Source of the DNA: a bacterium | GTDB taxonomy: Bacteria > SAR324 > XYD2-FULL-50-16 > G965216635 | NCBI GenBank assembly: GCA_965216635.1 | Contig: OZ244188.1 | Coordinates: 1,600,001-1,664,000 of the forward strand | Length of the DNA: 64,000 nucleotides | Reading direction: 5' to 3' | In this document: one piece after another, positions 31,092-39,991 of the stretch | Layout: every line of letters starts with the position of its first letter | How positions within the stretch are numbered: position 1 is the stretch's first letter | Translations under genes and position numbers: made by a program | Notes under the pieces: generated by a model | The model's database searches: none | What the model was told of the DNA's origin: nothing | What the model saw: the letters and a program-made list of their open reading frames with translations, nothing else

Positions 31092-31300
31092 TAGACTTTT
31101 GAATTTGCCAAACAGGACAAAACTAGCTGTTTAGCCAAAACAAGCTTTAGTAAAAAAGCCAGTGGGACATACCAGTGGGACATACCAGTAGGACATACCA
31201 GTGGGACATACCAGTGGTTGGCTCTTTTGCTGACTTTTTGCCTAGAGCACACATAACGCAAATTTTGTAGTACCCCTGCTCCCATTATTGTGGCACTACT
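31092..31300. mobile_element. Degenerate MITE-like copy containing a 13-bp tandem repeat
   Basis: tagacttttgaatttgc terminus; (ccagtgggacata)x4 at 31159-31210 inside the hairpin module. Confidence 0.7.
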
Positions 31301-31302
31301 GG

Positions 31303-32661
31303 TTAAAAACTCAAGTGGAAGGAGATGCTGATGACGAGTGGTGCTTTGAGTTCGGCGTCGGTTTTGGTGGTTGTTTCTGTTGCTTCTACTGGAATTCGCA
31401 TTTCTTCTATATTTACAGTTCTGCTGTGAACTTGGGTTACTTTTGTTCTAGTATCACGTTTGAATGTTCCAAAATCTACGAAGTAGAAGGCATCAATATT
31501 TTCAAATCTAGTACCATAATTTAAACTTTTAACACCAACCACTGCTGAATCACCATCTTTAGTCTGTTTTGGCTTAAAAGTGATACCAGTAGGAGTAGGA
31601 GCAGTCTGATTCTCAGCGTAAGTCGTATGGCTTAGAGAAACCCCCGAGATATACTTCGTCAAGCCAAAATTAAAGAATAGGTTGGGGGTCAAGTTTTTCT
31701 TATAGCCGATCTGAATTGCTGGACTTGTGGCAGAGCCGCTGGCAGAGCCGTTCGTCAAACTCATACTCGCTAGACCACCTCCTACAAAAAAATCCTTGTT
31801 TACAAAATAATCCGCCATTACCAATGTATTGGCGAGATCGTTATCTCCCCCAGAGCCAGTAAAATGGGTCAGAGAGGCTCTCCATTTTTCCCACCTAAAG
31901 CTAAATTGCAGACCAATGCCTGAGATGCTATCGCCTTTGCTGGACGAGGAGTTTGTAACCTGAGGAACTGGCGCTGAATCTTCAGTAACTTCGTCAGTAG
32001 AGTAAGCAGAAAAAGTAGGAATGCTACGACCTTGGGAAGCAACACCGTAAAAATAACTGTAACAATAATTAGGGTATTGTACATCGTTTCCCGTAGGAAA
32101 CAGTCCATTTTGCACTCCATTTTGCACTATTGTGCCAGGTCCATCACCTGTGGTAGTTACACTAGTTCTTTCGCCTATACTTGTGCCTGCATCAAAAGAA
32201 TCCATTGTTTTTTGCTTATAAGAGTAAGTTCTACCATCCACATCAACCGCTGTGACTCCTATTTGTTCACAACTCTTTTCAAAAAGAGTTTCTATTCCAT
32301 TGTAATGGTACGAACCTGTAAGCTGATTTTCATAAAAAAAGGTACTAGCGTCAGCTTTTATCTCCGATGTAATTGCTGAATAGTCTTTAACTCTATAGCC
32401 TGTAACAGTGTTTGTGATAGCTTTTGTGGTTTTTGTGCTATCCACCTTAAAACCATTTAGATAGGCAATGCCAACGAAAAATCCCTGCTTGCTACTGCTT
32501 TGAACCGCTTGGGCTTGCAGATTGCTGCCTCCAAAAGTAAAAGCACTTCCTATAAGAAGAGCAGGAATAAGAATAGCCGCCAAAACGAAACGAGCCAGAG
32601 TAAAACGAACCAGCGAAAAAGCGAAAGTTTTCCTTAAAACTTGGGAATTTATGTTTTTCAT
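31303..32661 (-). CDS. Outer-membrane beta-barrel-like protein with two large insertions (family member 2)
   Basis: Start placed at MKNINSQ by identity with 61254; signal peptide, amphipathic strands and C-terminal ISFHLSF. Confidence 0.78.
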   Translation of the reverse strand: MKNINSQVLRKTFAFSLVRFTLARFVLAAILIPALLIGSAFTFGGSNLQAQAVQSSSKQGFFVGIAYLNGFKVDSTKTTKAITNTVTGYRVKDYSAITSEIKADASTFFYENQLTGSYHYNGIETLFEKSCEQIGVTAVDVDGRTYSYKQKTMDSFDAGTSIGERTSVTTTGDGPGTIVQNGVQNGLFPTGNDVQYPNYCYSYFYGVASQGRSIPTFSAYSTDEVTEDSAPVPQVTNSSSSKGDSISGIGLQFSFRWEKWRASLTHFTGSGGDNDLANTLVMADYFVNKDFFVGGGLASMSLTNGSASGSATSPAIQIGYKKNLTPNLFFNFGLTKYISGVSLSHTTYAENQTAPTPTGITFKPKQTKDGDSAVVGVKSLNYGTRFENIDAFYFVDFGTFKRDTRTKVTQVHSRTVNIEEMRIPVEATETTTKTDAELKAPLVISISFHLSF

Positions 32662-32707
32662 AATAGTGTAAATAATTAAAATTAGGTTAAATAACAAAAC
32701 TTCATAA

Positions 32708-32929
32708 AGAATTGCAGAAAAAAAAAATCTTGTCAATATATTTTATTGGCTATTGGCATCTTTTTATTTTTACTGCTCATTCTTTATAAAGAATAATTGC
32801 AAAAAAACACTTTAAAAGCAAATAAAAAAAAGAATTTTATTTGTTTTTGGTGTTTTTGGTGTTTCTGCTTATTCTTTATAGAATTGCAAAAAAATCATTT
32901 TTTGTCAAGCTATTTATTGGCTATTGGCA
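32708..32929 (-). promoter_or_regulatory. Two tandem sigma70-like promoters, each with an upstream TGCCAATAGCCAATA motif
   Basis: TTGACA-17 bp-AATTCT with an extended -10 TG at 32736-32708 and 32908-32880; T10 tract in the proximal spacer. Confidence 0.6.
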
Positions 32930-32995
32930 TCTTTTTATTTTTTCTTGGCTCCGTTCAGCTTTCTTATTGACAAATATTGTAGAATGTAGTTATTA

Positions 32996-33063
32996 TAGAC
33001 CTTTGAATTAACGTTATGTAACGTTTTTGTTTTAAACTTCAGACAGATTATTGTCAAAGGTCT
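32996..33063. repeat. Short copy of the palindromic element
   Basis: tagacctttgaattaacgttatgt...tcaaaggtct. Confidence 0.6.
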
Positions 33064-33127
33064 GTTTTTATTTTACCAAGAATTGATTTTTTTGTATACC
33101 ATCTCATTTTTTTATTCCTTGCAAAAA

Positions 33128-33970
33128 TTAAGCAGTAAGAACCCTTACTGCATCTTCTGTAATATATAAGGTGTGTTCAAATTGTGCAGACAGCTTCCCA
33201 TCTACTGTCACAGCAGTCCAGTTGTCTTCTAGGATTTTCACATCCTTCACTCCTTCGTTAATCATCGGCTCAATGGTGAAAAACATACCCGGTAAAATAG
33301 TCTCTCCCCGCCCTGCTTTTCCAAAATGAGGCACTTCTAGTTTTTCGTGGAATTGATTGCCTATACCATGCCCAATAAACTGTTCCACTACAGAAAAACC
33401 ATTTTTTTCAGCGTAAGTTTGAATGGCGCCACCTATATCTCCCATACGCCCGTAAGGTTTTGTTGCTCGGATGGCTTTTGCTAAACATTCTTCTGTGACC
33501 TGAATCAATTTTGCTGCTTTTTCAGAACAACTTTTTACTGGAAAAGTTTTACAAATATCTCCGAAATATCCGTTTAAAATGCAAGCAACATCTATAGAAA
33601 TAATATCACCTTCTTTGATGGGCTCGTCGTTGGGGATGCCGTGACAAATCGTATGGTTTAGCGAGGTGCAAATAGATTTTGGAAAACCGTGATAATTTAA
33701 ACTAGCAGGCAATCCTCCGCTATCTAAAATAAATTGATGCGCCAACTCATTGAGTCTATTTGTAGTCGTCTCTGGTTGAATAAATCCCTCTAGCATCTGT
33801 ATTGTTTTTTTTGCTAAAATATTGGCTTGAACCATCCCTTCAACAAATTCTGCAGAGCGAGGAATTATAGCTTTTGCCAAAGATTTTTCTTGATCCAATT
33901 TTAGATGGCAGCGCTTGTATTTTTTCTGACTACCGCACCAACAGGGTTGATTGCGTCCTATTTGTTTCAT
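33128..33970 (-). CDS. map: Methionine aminopeptidase type I with N-terminal SEC-C motif
   Basis: GRNQPCWCGSQKKYKRCH, CHGIP, GHGIG, FTIEPMIN and SAQFEHT motifs. Confidence 0.95.
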   Translation of the reverse strand: MKQIGRNQPCWCGSQKKYKRCHLKLDQEKSLAKAIIPRSAEFVEGMVQANILAKKTIQMLEGFIQPETTTNRLNELAHQFILDSGGLPASLNYHGFPKSICTSLNHTICHGIPNDEPIKEGDIISIDVACILNGYFGDICKTFPVKSCSEKAAKLIQVTEECLAKAIRATKPYGRMGDIGGAIQTYAEKNGFSVVEQFIGHGIGNQFHEKLEVPHFGKAGRGETILPGMFFTIEPMINEGVKDVKILEDNWTAVTVDGKLSAQFEHTLYITEDAVRVLTA

Positions 33971-35421
33971 TCGCTCAAAACTCGGATAAAATTCGGTTTT
34001 TCAATTATAAATTTTTTTTTCTCTAATAGCAGCAAAGTAGATAGTAGATCTTTTTCCTTCGCATGGTGAGTTAGGATAGCCAAATGCACAGAATTTTCCG
34101 TCTTTGGTTTTGTGCTGGCAGGTGGTTTTGTGCTGGCAGGTGGTTTTGTGCTGGCAGGTGGTTTTGTGCTGGTTGTTTTTTGGGAAGGTGTTTTTGGGGA
34201 AGGTGTTTTTTTGTTGTCTTGTAGCATAGATTTAATACTAATCGCATTTTGAGAAAAAAGGTGACTGATAGATTCTAAAACTCCTACTTCATCGTCCACT
34301 GTAAATTCCAAAAAATACTCAAAATAGGTTTCTTCTATCTTCGTAAATCCAGCCTCTACGAAGGGTTTTTGCTGGTTTTCGCCTAATGGTTCAACCTGCG
34401 ATTCGACCAGCGGTTCGCCCAATGGTTCGCCTAATGATTCGCCCAGCGGTTTTTGGAGTAGCTGTATCATATCCGACACCATAGCCGATGCAGTTGGTTT
34501 GGCTCCAGCCCCCGCTCCGTAAAGCATAGAATTTCCGGCAAAATCACTTTTCAAAAAAATGGCATTGTCTGCGGATTCTACACTCGCTAAAAGATGTTTT
34601 TTTGGAACCAATGTCGGATGCACAGAAGCCTGAATTTTTTTCCCTACTTTTCTACTCATTGCGAGTAATTTGATTTTATAACCCATCTCTTTAGCGTAAT
34701 GAAAACTGCTAGATTTTAATTTGTCAATCCCTTCAATATATAATTTAGAAAAATCAAAAATACTGCGATGGATAAGATTCATTATAATAATCAATTTATG
34801 AGCCGCATCTATACCGCCAATATCTAAACTAGGGTCGGCTTCAGCGTAGCCCAACTCTTTGGCTTCCGATAAAGCCGTTTGAAAATCTACATTATCTTTT
34901 TCCATTCTGCATAGAATAAAATTACAAGTGCCGTTCATAATTCCATAAACACTGCTTATCTGGTTAGCAGATAATCCATTTCGCAAAACATCTATGATTG
35001 GAATTGCCCCAGCAACAGCAGCCTCAAAACGAACTAAATCAGGGTTGGATAGCGGAAAAGCAATTTTATGCCACTTTTCAGCAAGCAAGGATTTATTTGC
35101 GGTAATTACTTTTTTCTTTTTTTTGAAAAAAGTTTGAATTATTTTTAAAGCGAGTGTTTGGTCTCCAGTAGCCTCAAAAATCAAATCTACGGTTTCATCT
35201 TGCAGTATAAAATCAGCATCCGAAGACAAGCCAATTTCTTTTAAATTGAGATTTCTTTTTTTTTTTGGATTAGAAACAACCGCCTTGACAACCTTTACTA
35301 AAAAACCTGTTTTCTCCTCAATGAGATTAGAATGTTTTTGTAGCAATTCCAGCGTCCCTCCGCCGACTGTGCCTAGCCCAAAAATTGCTACTTTTAATTC
35401 TCTTGAATTTTTTAAAACCAT
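33967..35421 (-). CDS. hom: Homoserine dehydrogenase with ACT domain and two repeat insertions
   Basis: GLGTVG, ITANK, FEAAVAGAIP, NGTCNFIL, GYAEADP and GAGAGAKPTASA motifs. Confidence 0.93.
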   Translation of the reverse strand: MVLKNSRELKVAIFGLGTVGGGTLELLQKHSNLIEEKTGFLVKVVKAVVSNPKKKRNLNLKEIGLSSDADFILQDETVDLIFEATGDQTLALKIIQTFFKKKKKVITANKSLLAEKWHKIAFPLSNPDLVRFEAAVAGAIPIIDVLRNGLSANQISSVYGIMNGTCNFILCRMEKDNVDFQTALSEAKELGYAEADPSLDIGGIDAAHKLIIIMNLIHRSIFDFSKLYIEGIDKLKSSSFHYAKEMGYKIKLLAMSRKVGKKIQASVHPTLVPKKHLLASVESADNAIFLKSDFAGNSMLYGAGAGAKPTASAMVSDMIQLLQKPLGESLGEPLGEPLVESQVEPLGENQQKPFVEAGFTKIEETYFEYFLEFTVDDEVGVLESISHLFSQNAISIKSMLQDNKKTPSPKTPSQKTTSTKPPASTKPPASTKPPASTKPKTENSVHLAILTHHAKEKDLLSTLLLLEKKKFIIEKPNFIRVLSE

Positions 35422-35533
35422 ACCTAATTTTTTTGTTATAAATTTAGATGAGACCTATTCCAAACTATACAAGCAATAATAATATTTTCAAACAAGAAAA
35501 AAAGAATAATCTCGGTGATGAAAAAAAAGCTAT

Positions 35534-36181
35534 TTAATAGATTTCTTTGAGGAGTTTTTTTAGTCCAGAATGGAGTTGCGAGACCGTGCTATCGGAACGA
35601 TATAAGGCTCTGATTTTTTGTTGATTATCCAGCAAGTAAAGATAACCTGTATGGTTGATTTTGCGGCTAGAAGAATTATTTTCTGGTTTCGCCTTTTCTG
35701 GTTCTGCCTTTTCTGGTTCTGCCTTTTCTGGTTTCGCCTTTTCTGGTTCCGATTGAGCAAAAAAACCTCCATACAAAAATATTACTTCTCTCAATTCTTG
35801 TTCGTTTCCTTTTAGACCAATAAAATTTTTATCAAATTGTTTTAAGTATTGAGAAATTTTTTTTAAACTGTCTTTTGTATCTACACTAATAAATAAAAGT
35901 TGGATTTTTTTTTGCTGACTATTTTTTAGTTTTGAAATAGCTTTAGCTGCCACAGATAGAGTAATGGGGCAAATATCAGGACAAGAAGTGAATCCAAAAT
36001 AAACCAAAACCAAAGAATCTTTGTACTCGCTAAGCTGTATTTTTTTTCCCAGTGTACTTTGTAGAGTAAAATCTCCTCCCAAATCACCGTAGTCTTTGAA
36101 CTCAGGATAGTTAGCTTGATGAGCCAAACCATCTTCTACTGAAAATAAAAAAAACAACAAAAGAAGTTTATAAAATTTCAT
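35534..36181 (-). CDS. SCO1/SenC family protein
   Basis: YFGFTSCPDICP, FISVD and NHTG motifs; signal peptide. Confidence 0.9.
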   Translation of the reverse strand: MKFYKLLLLFFLFSVEDGLAHQANYPEFKDYGDLGGDFTLQSTLGKKIQLSEYKDSLVLVYFGFTSCPDICPITLSVAAKAISKLKNSQQKKIQLLFISVDTKDSLKKISQYLKQFDKNFIGLKGNEQELREVIFLYGGFFAQSEPEKAKPEKAEPEKAEPEKAKPENNSSSRKINHTGYLYLLDNQQKIRALYRSDSTVSQLHSGLKKLLKEIY

Positions 36182-36294
36182 CTAAAATCACCGTAGTCTT
36201 TGAACTCAGGATAGTTAGCTTGATGAGCCAAACCATCCTCTACTGAAAATAAAAAAAACAACAAAAGAAGTTTATAAAATTTCATCTAAAATCA
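36081..36294. repeat. 104-bp tandem duplication of the SCO gene 5' end
   Basis: Near-identical copies start at 36081 and 36185; aaatca microhomology at the junctions. Confidence 0.92.
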
Positions 36295-36585
36295 ATTTCC
36301 ATTTATCCAAATTTCAGAGGCAGCTAAATCTCTATCCTCGTCCCACACAACACCTCTACCAGTTTGACACACATACACAGCTTTAAAAAAAGCCTCGTTT
36401 TTGAGTAAATCAAAAGCCTCGTGTTTATCCAACAAAGGACGAAAATCATAAATCCTTGTTTGTCCACCCTCAAAACCCGCCTTTAGCTGGTGATTAGCTA
36501 ATGCCTTAATAGTTTTTATTTTTGGAATTTTTAGTAAATTTATTTCTTCTATACTTTTATTTTTCTTTAAATTGAGCGCTTTCAA
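36292..36585 (-). CDS. DUF2442-like protein (TA-associated)
   Basis: IKALANHQLKAGFEGGQTRIYDF..L..EAFF..V...G.GVVW..DLA pattern. Confidence 0.7.
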   Translation of the reverse strand: MKALNLKKNKSIEEINLLKIPKIKTIKALANHQLKAGFEGGQTRIYDFRPLLDKHEAFDLLKNEAFFKAVYVCQTGRGVVWDEDRDLAASEIWINGN

Positions 36586-36819
36586 ATTTTTTTATTGGGT
36601 TTTAATTTTTCTAATTCTGTAGACAAAGTGCCACTATCTAAACAATCATCAATAATTAAATTGAGACTTTTCCAGATAGGCTACTGATAGACTTTCTTTT
36701 GCTTGCTTTTTGGTATCGCCCATCCCATAAGCCCCAAAAATATCAGCAACTGCAGTATATCCACCGTCCTCAGCCTTAGTGATTTTTGTTTGAAAATCTA
36801 CAGCAATATTTGCTTTCAT
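36582..36819 (-). pseudogene. HicB-like antitoxin, apparently frameshifted; not in ORF track
   Basis: Hand translation MKANIAVDFQTKITKAEDGGYTAVADIFGAYGMGDTKKQAKESL stops at 36649; another frame continues SLNLIIDDCLDSGTL to a TGA overlapping the next TTG start. Confidence 0.55.
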
Positions 36820-37083
36820 AATGACTTTTTTATTTTATGTTACTTAGAATAATAATCTTAAAAAATTCTCATTTTTTTGTCAATAGAGCAATAGACTAAT
36901 ACAAAGGTCTCTATTCATATACCTTAAACTTTCTTGATAATGAAGTTTTTTATGATGTTGGAATAGGTTTTATTTGATTGTAATAATAATAGATTAAGTT
37001 TATTTAACACATTGTAGAGATTGGTTCAAAATTTTTTTATTGTATAAAATTTTTATAAAACACTCAATTAAAAATAAACAAAA

Positions 37084-38937
37084 GTGTCAAAACAAATAAT
37101 AGCTGTCGTAGGGAATGCAAATATTGACAATGATATTGAAACACAAAAACTATCTTATGAATTAGGAAAATTAATAATTGATAATGGTTTTATTTTAGCA
37201 ACAGGAGGCTTAGGGGGAGTCATGGAATTTGCTTCAAAAGGTGCAAGAAACTCTAAGCACTATACTGGAAATTCAATTCTTGGTATCTTACCTAATTATA
37301 ATTCTGAAGAAGCAAATCAATATATTGATATAGCTATACCAACAGGTTTTGGTTTGGCAAGAAATTTAATGCTTATTAGCATGGCTAACGCTGTAATTGC
37401 AGTTGGAGGTGGTTCTGGAACTTTGAATGAAATTGCGAGTGCATGGCAAATGAACAAATTAGTTATTGGTTTGAAGGTTAAAGGTTGGAGTGAAAAACTT
37501 TGCGGGAAAGCCTTGGATCAAAGACGAGATGATTTTATTTTTTGTGCAATAAATGCCCAAGAAGCTATAAAAATTTTAAATCGTAAAATCTCTTATTATC
37601 AACAGAGAAAATTCTTAGGTATAAAAAAAATAAGAATTACAAAAGACAAGGCAGAAAAAATTCTCAAAAATTATTTTGTTATAAAAAACAAACTTTTATT
37701 TTCAGGAAAGGGGTCAGAAGGCTTTGTTTTTTCAGACAAAAATAATGTTTATAAACTTATTGACGAAACGCAGCAAAAATTAGAATTGTATTGGATGCTT
37801 TTATCTCTTTCAGAAACACTACAGTTAGAAAAAGAAATAAAGAATTTACCAAAATTTGAAGTATTTTTTTTAGATGATAATATTTTAATCAAATACAAAT
37901 ATCAAGATACAGAAGAATTTACAAAAAACAAACATATAGAAGTCAATAAATTTATTCAATTATTAAAAGAATTTTACAAAATAGGGTGGGTTCTTACTGA
38001 TTTTAAACCGCAAAATTTGAGAATAACGAAAGAAGGTAATCTTTTTGTTATTGATATTGGAAAAAGCTTTTTACCTATTTCAAATTATTTGTTTGAAAGT
38101 ATGTCTCGTATAGCGTTTGTAACTTATAAATTACAAGGAAAACTATCCGATCCACAAGACTTTAAAAAATACCTATCCCCTGTAAATGAAATTGCTAATT
38201 TTTCTTTGTTGGCAGAGTTTGGTTTTTCAGAAAAAGAGTTAAAACAAGAATTTGATGGTTTTTATAAAAAAGTCACAACTGTTACGAAAGAGGATGTTTT
38301 AAATCCAATAATAAAAACCATTTTTCAAAAACATATAAAAGTAAAAAATGTTTTTGACTATGGTTCAGGCTATGGAGATATTGCGAAACTTTTAAAAGAA
38401 ATAGGTTTAGTGGTTACAGCCTATGAACCAGATAAAAAAATTGTCAAAGAATACAAAAAAAAATATTATCAAAATATTAATATTTTAGATTATATAAAAG
38501 TCCAAGAACTAATCAAAAACAAAACAAAATTTGATAGTCTGTTATGCTCTTTGGTTTTGTGCCACCCCTTAGCCAAAACTAAGCAGGAGAGATTAAAAGA
38601 AATTCATAAAATAATGGAAGATATAACTTTTCTGACGAAAAAGTATATTGTTATTGCAATTTGCAACCCACTGTATACCTATCAAACCTGCTCCAGATTG
38701 CAAAAACGAATTTTGCCTGCTGATTTTAATTACAAAAATGAAGTAGAATTTACTAAAAAAATTTATTCTTCAAACAGAGAAAGAGTTGATATTCATAGAC
38801 CGCTATCATTTTATGAAAATCTTTTTGAAAAATATAACCTTGATATAATAAAAATTATTCAAACTAGCGATACAATGAGAACAAACAGTATAAAAAACTC
38901 TGATTTTATGGTTTTTGTACTTCAAACTAGAACTTAG
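37084..38937 (+). CDS. Three-domain fusion: LOG/SLOG (TIGR00725-like) + protein-kinase-like + class I SAM methyltransferase
   Basis: TGGLGGVME, RN and GGGSGTLNEI (LOG); GKGSEGFV, VYK, DFKPQN and IDIG (kinase); VFDYGSGYG (MTase motif I). Confidence 0.82.
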   Translation: MSKQIIAVVGNANIDNDIETQKLSYELGKLIIDNGFILATGGLGGVMEFASKGARNSKHYTGNSILGILPNYNSEEANQYIDIAIPTGFGLARNLMLISMANAVIAVGGGSGTLNEIASAWQMNKLVIGLKVKGWSEKLCGKALDQRRDDFIFCAINAQEAIKILNRKISYYQQRKFLGIKKIRITKDKAEKILKNYFVIKNKLLFSGKGSEGFVFSDKNNVYKLIDETQQKLELYWMLLSLSETLQLEKEIKNLPKFEVFFLDDNILIKYKYQDTEEFTKNKHIEVNKFIQLLKEFYKIGWVLTDFKPQNLRITKEGNLFVIDIGKSFLPISNYLFESMSRIAFVTYKLQGKLSDPQDFKKYLSPVNEIANFSLLAEFGFSEKELKQEFDGFYKKVTTVTKEDVLNPIIKTIFQKHIKVKNVFDYGSGYGDIAKLLKEIGLVVTAYEPDKKIVKEYKKKYYQNINILDYIKVQELIKNKTKFDSLLCSLVLCHPLAKTKQERLKEIHKIMEDITFLTKKYIVIAICNPLYTYQTCSRLQKRILPADFNYKNEVEFTKKIYSSNRERVDIHRPLSFYENLFEKYNLDIIKIIQTSDTMRTNSIKNSDFMVFVLQTRT

Positions 38938-38992
38938 TTTTTACCACCCAACTATAAATTGAAAACTCTTTTTTAACCAAGAAAATAACATT

Positions 38993-39841
38993 ATGAATAT
39001 TTTAGTTACAGGTAGTAAAGGATTTTTGGGAAAATACATTGTTAAAAAATTTGAAGTTGAAGGACATAAAGTTACCTCTTTTGATGTAGTAGATAGATTG
39101 GATATTCTCAATAAAAAGCATATAGAAGAAAAATTGCAAAATATTGATTTATGTATTCATGCCGCTGCTCAGGCCTGTGTGTATGAAGCAGAGAAAAATA
39201 AAAATAAGTGTAGAGAAATCAATGTAGAAGGAACAAGGAATGTTGCCCAAGCTTGTGACAAACTTGGGGTTAAATTAGTTTTTATTTCAACCGCTTGTAT
39301 TTACGGTAATAATGGAGAGAAAGTTCAAAACGAAAATTCACCTTTAGATCCAACAGAAATTTATACAGAAACAAAAAAAGAAGGGGAAGATCTACTCCAA
39401 AAATACCCATCCTTAAAATACAAAATCGTTCGTCCAGCAACATTTTATGGTGTTGGAATGACAAAAAAATTAGCAATATATAAATTTGTAGATAACTGTA
39501 AAAACAATAAGACTATAGAAATTCATGGAACAGGAGAGCAAACCCGTTCTTATACGCAGGTGGAAGATACTGTAAATGGCATCTACCTTGTTTCTACTTT
39601 GTGGGCTTCGGATTCTATTTACAATATTGCAGGCGATGATTTGATTTCTGTCAACGAACTTATATCTCTTATTGCCTCTTTAATGCCTATAGAACCAAAA
39701 ACAAAAACAGTTGATAATAGAACAGGACAAATTTGCCGTAGCAAAATTGCAAATGATAAATTGAAAGCATTGGGTTGGAAGCCGCAATACAATTTAAAAA
39801 AAGGTATTGCTAATTATATTGACCGAATTTCTAAAAAATAA
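38993..39841 (+). CDS. NAD-dependent epimerase/dehydratase (extended SDR)
   Basis: ILVTGSKGFLG, HAAA, IST..YG, YTETK and GTGEQTRSY motifs. Confidence 0.9.
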   Translation: MNILVTGSKGFLGKYIVKKFEVEGHKVTSFDVVDRLDILNKKHIEEKLQNIDLCIHAAAQACVYEAEKNKNKCREINVEGTRNVAQACDKLGVKLVFISTACIYGNNGEKVQNENSPLDPTEIYTETKKEGEDLLQKYPSLKYKIVRPATFYGVGMTKKLAIYKFVDNCKNNKTIEIHGTGEQTRSYTQVEDTVNGIYLVSTLWASDSIYNIAGDDLISVNELISLIASLMPIEPKTKTVDNRTGQICRSKIANDKLKALGWKPQYNLKKGIANYIDRISKK

Positions 39842-39991
39842 AAATGTAACTTCCCGATAAAAATATTTTGTTATCCTGAGGGTAAAAATAACCCCGATAT
39901 TTAAAAATATTGTAAAGAAGCAAACTATCAATTTTGCTTTGTTTATAAAAAATGAAAAGAATAATCAATTTTGTAAAGGGAGAAAAATAAT

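Noticed and set aside
32662..32736. N-terminal extension of the OMP ORF, and ORF 61061-61330
   Set aside because: The TTG 'start' is the -35 box TTGACA; the frame differs between paralogs, so the real start is MKNINSQ.
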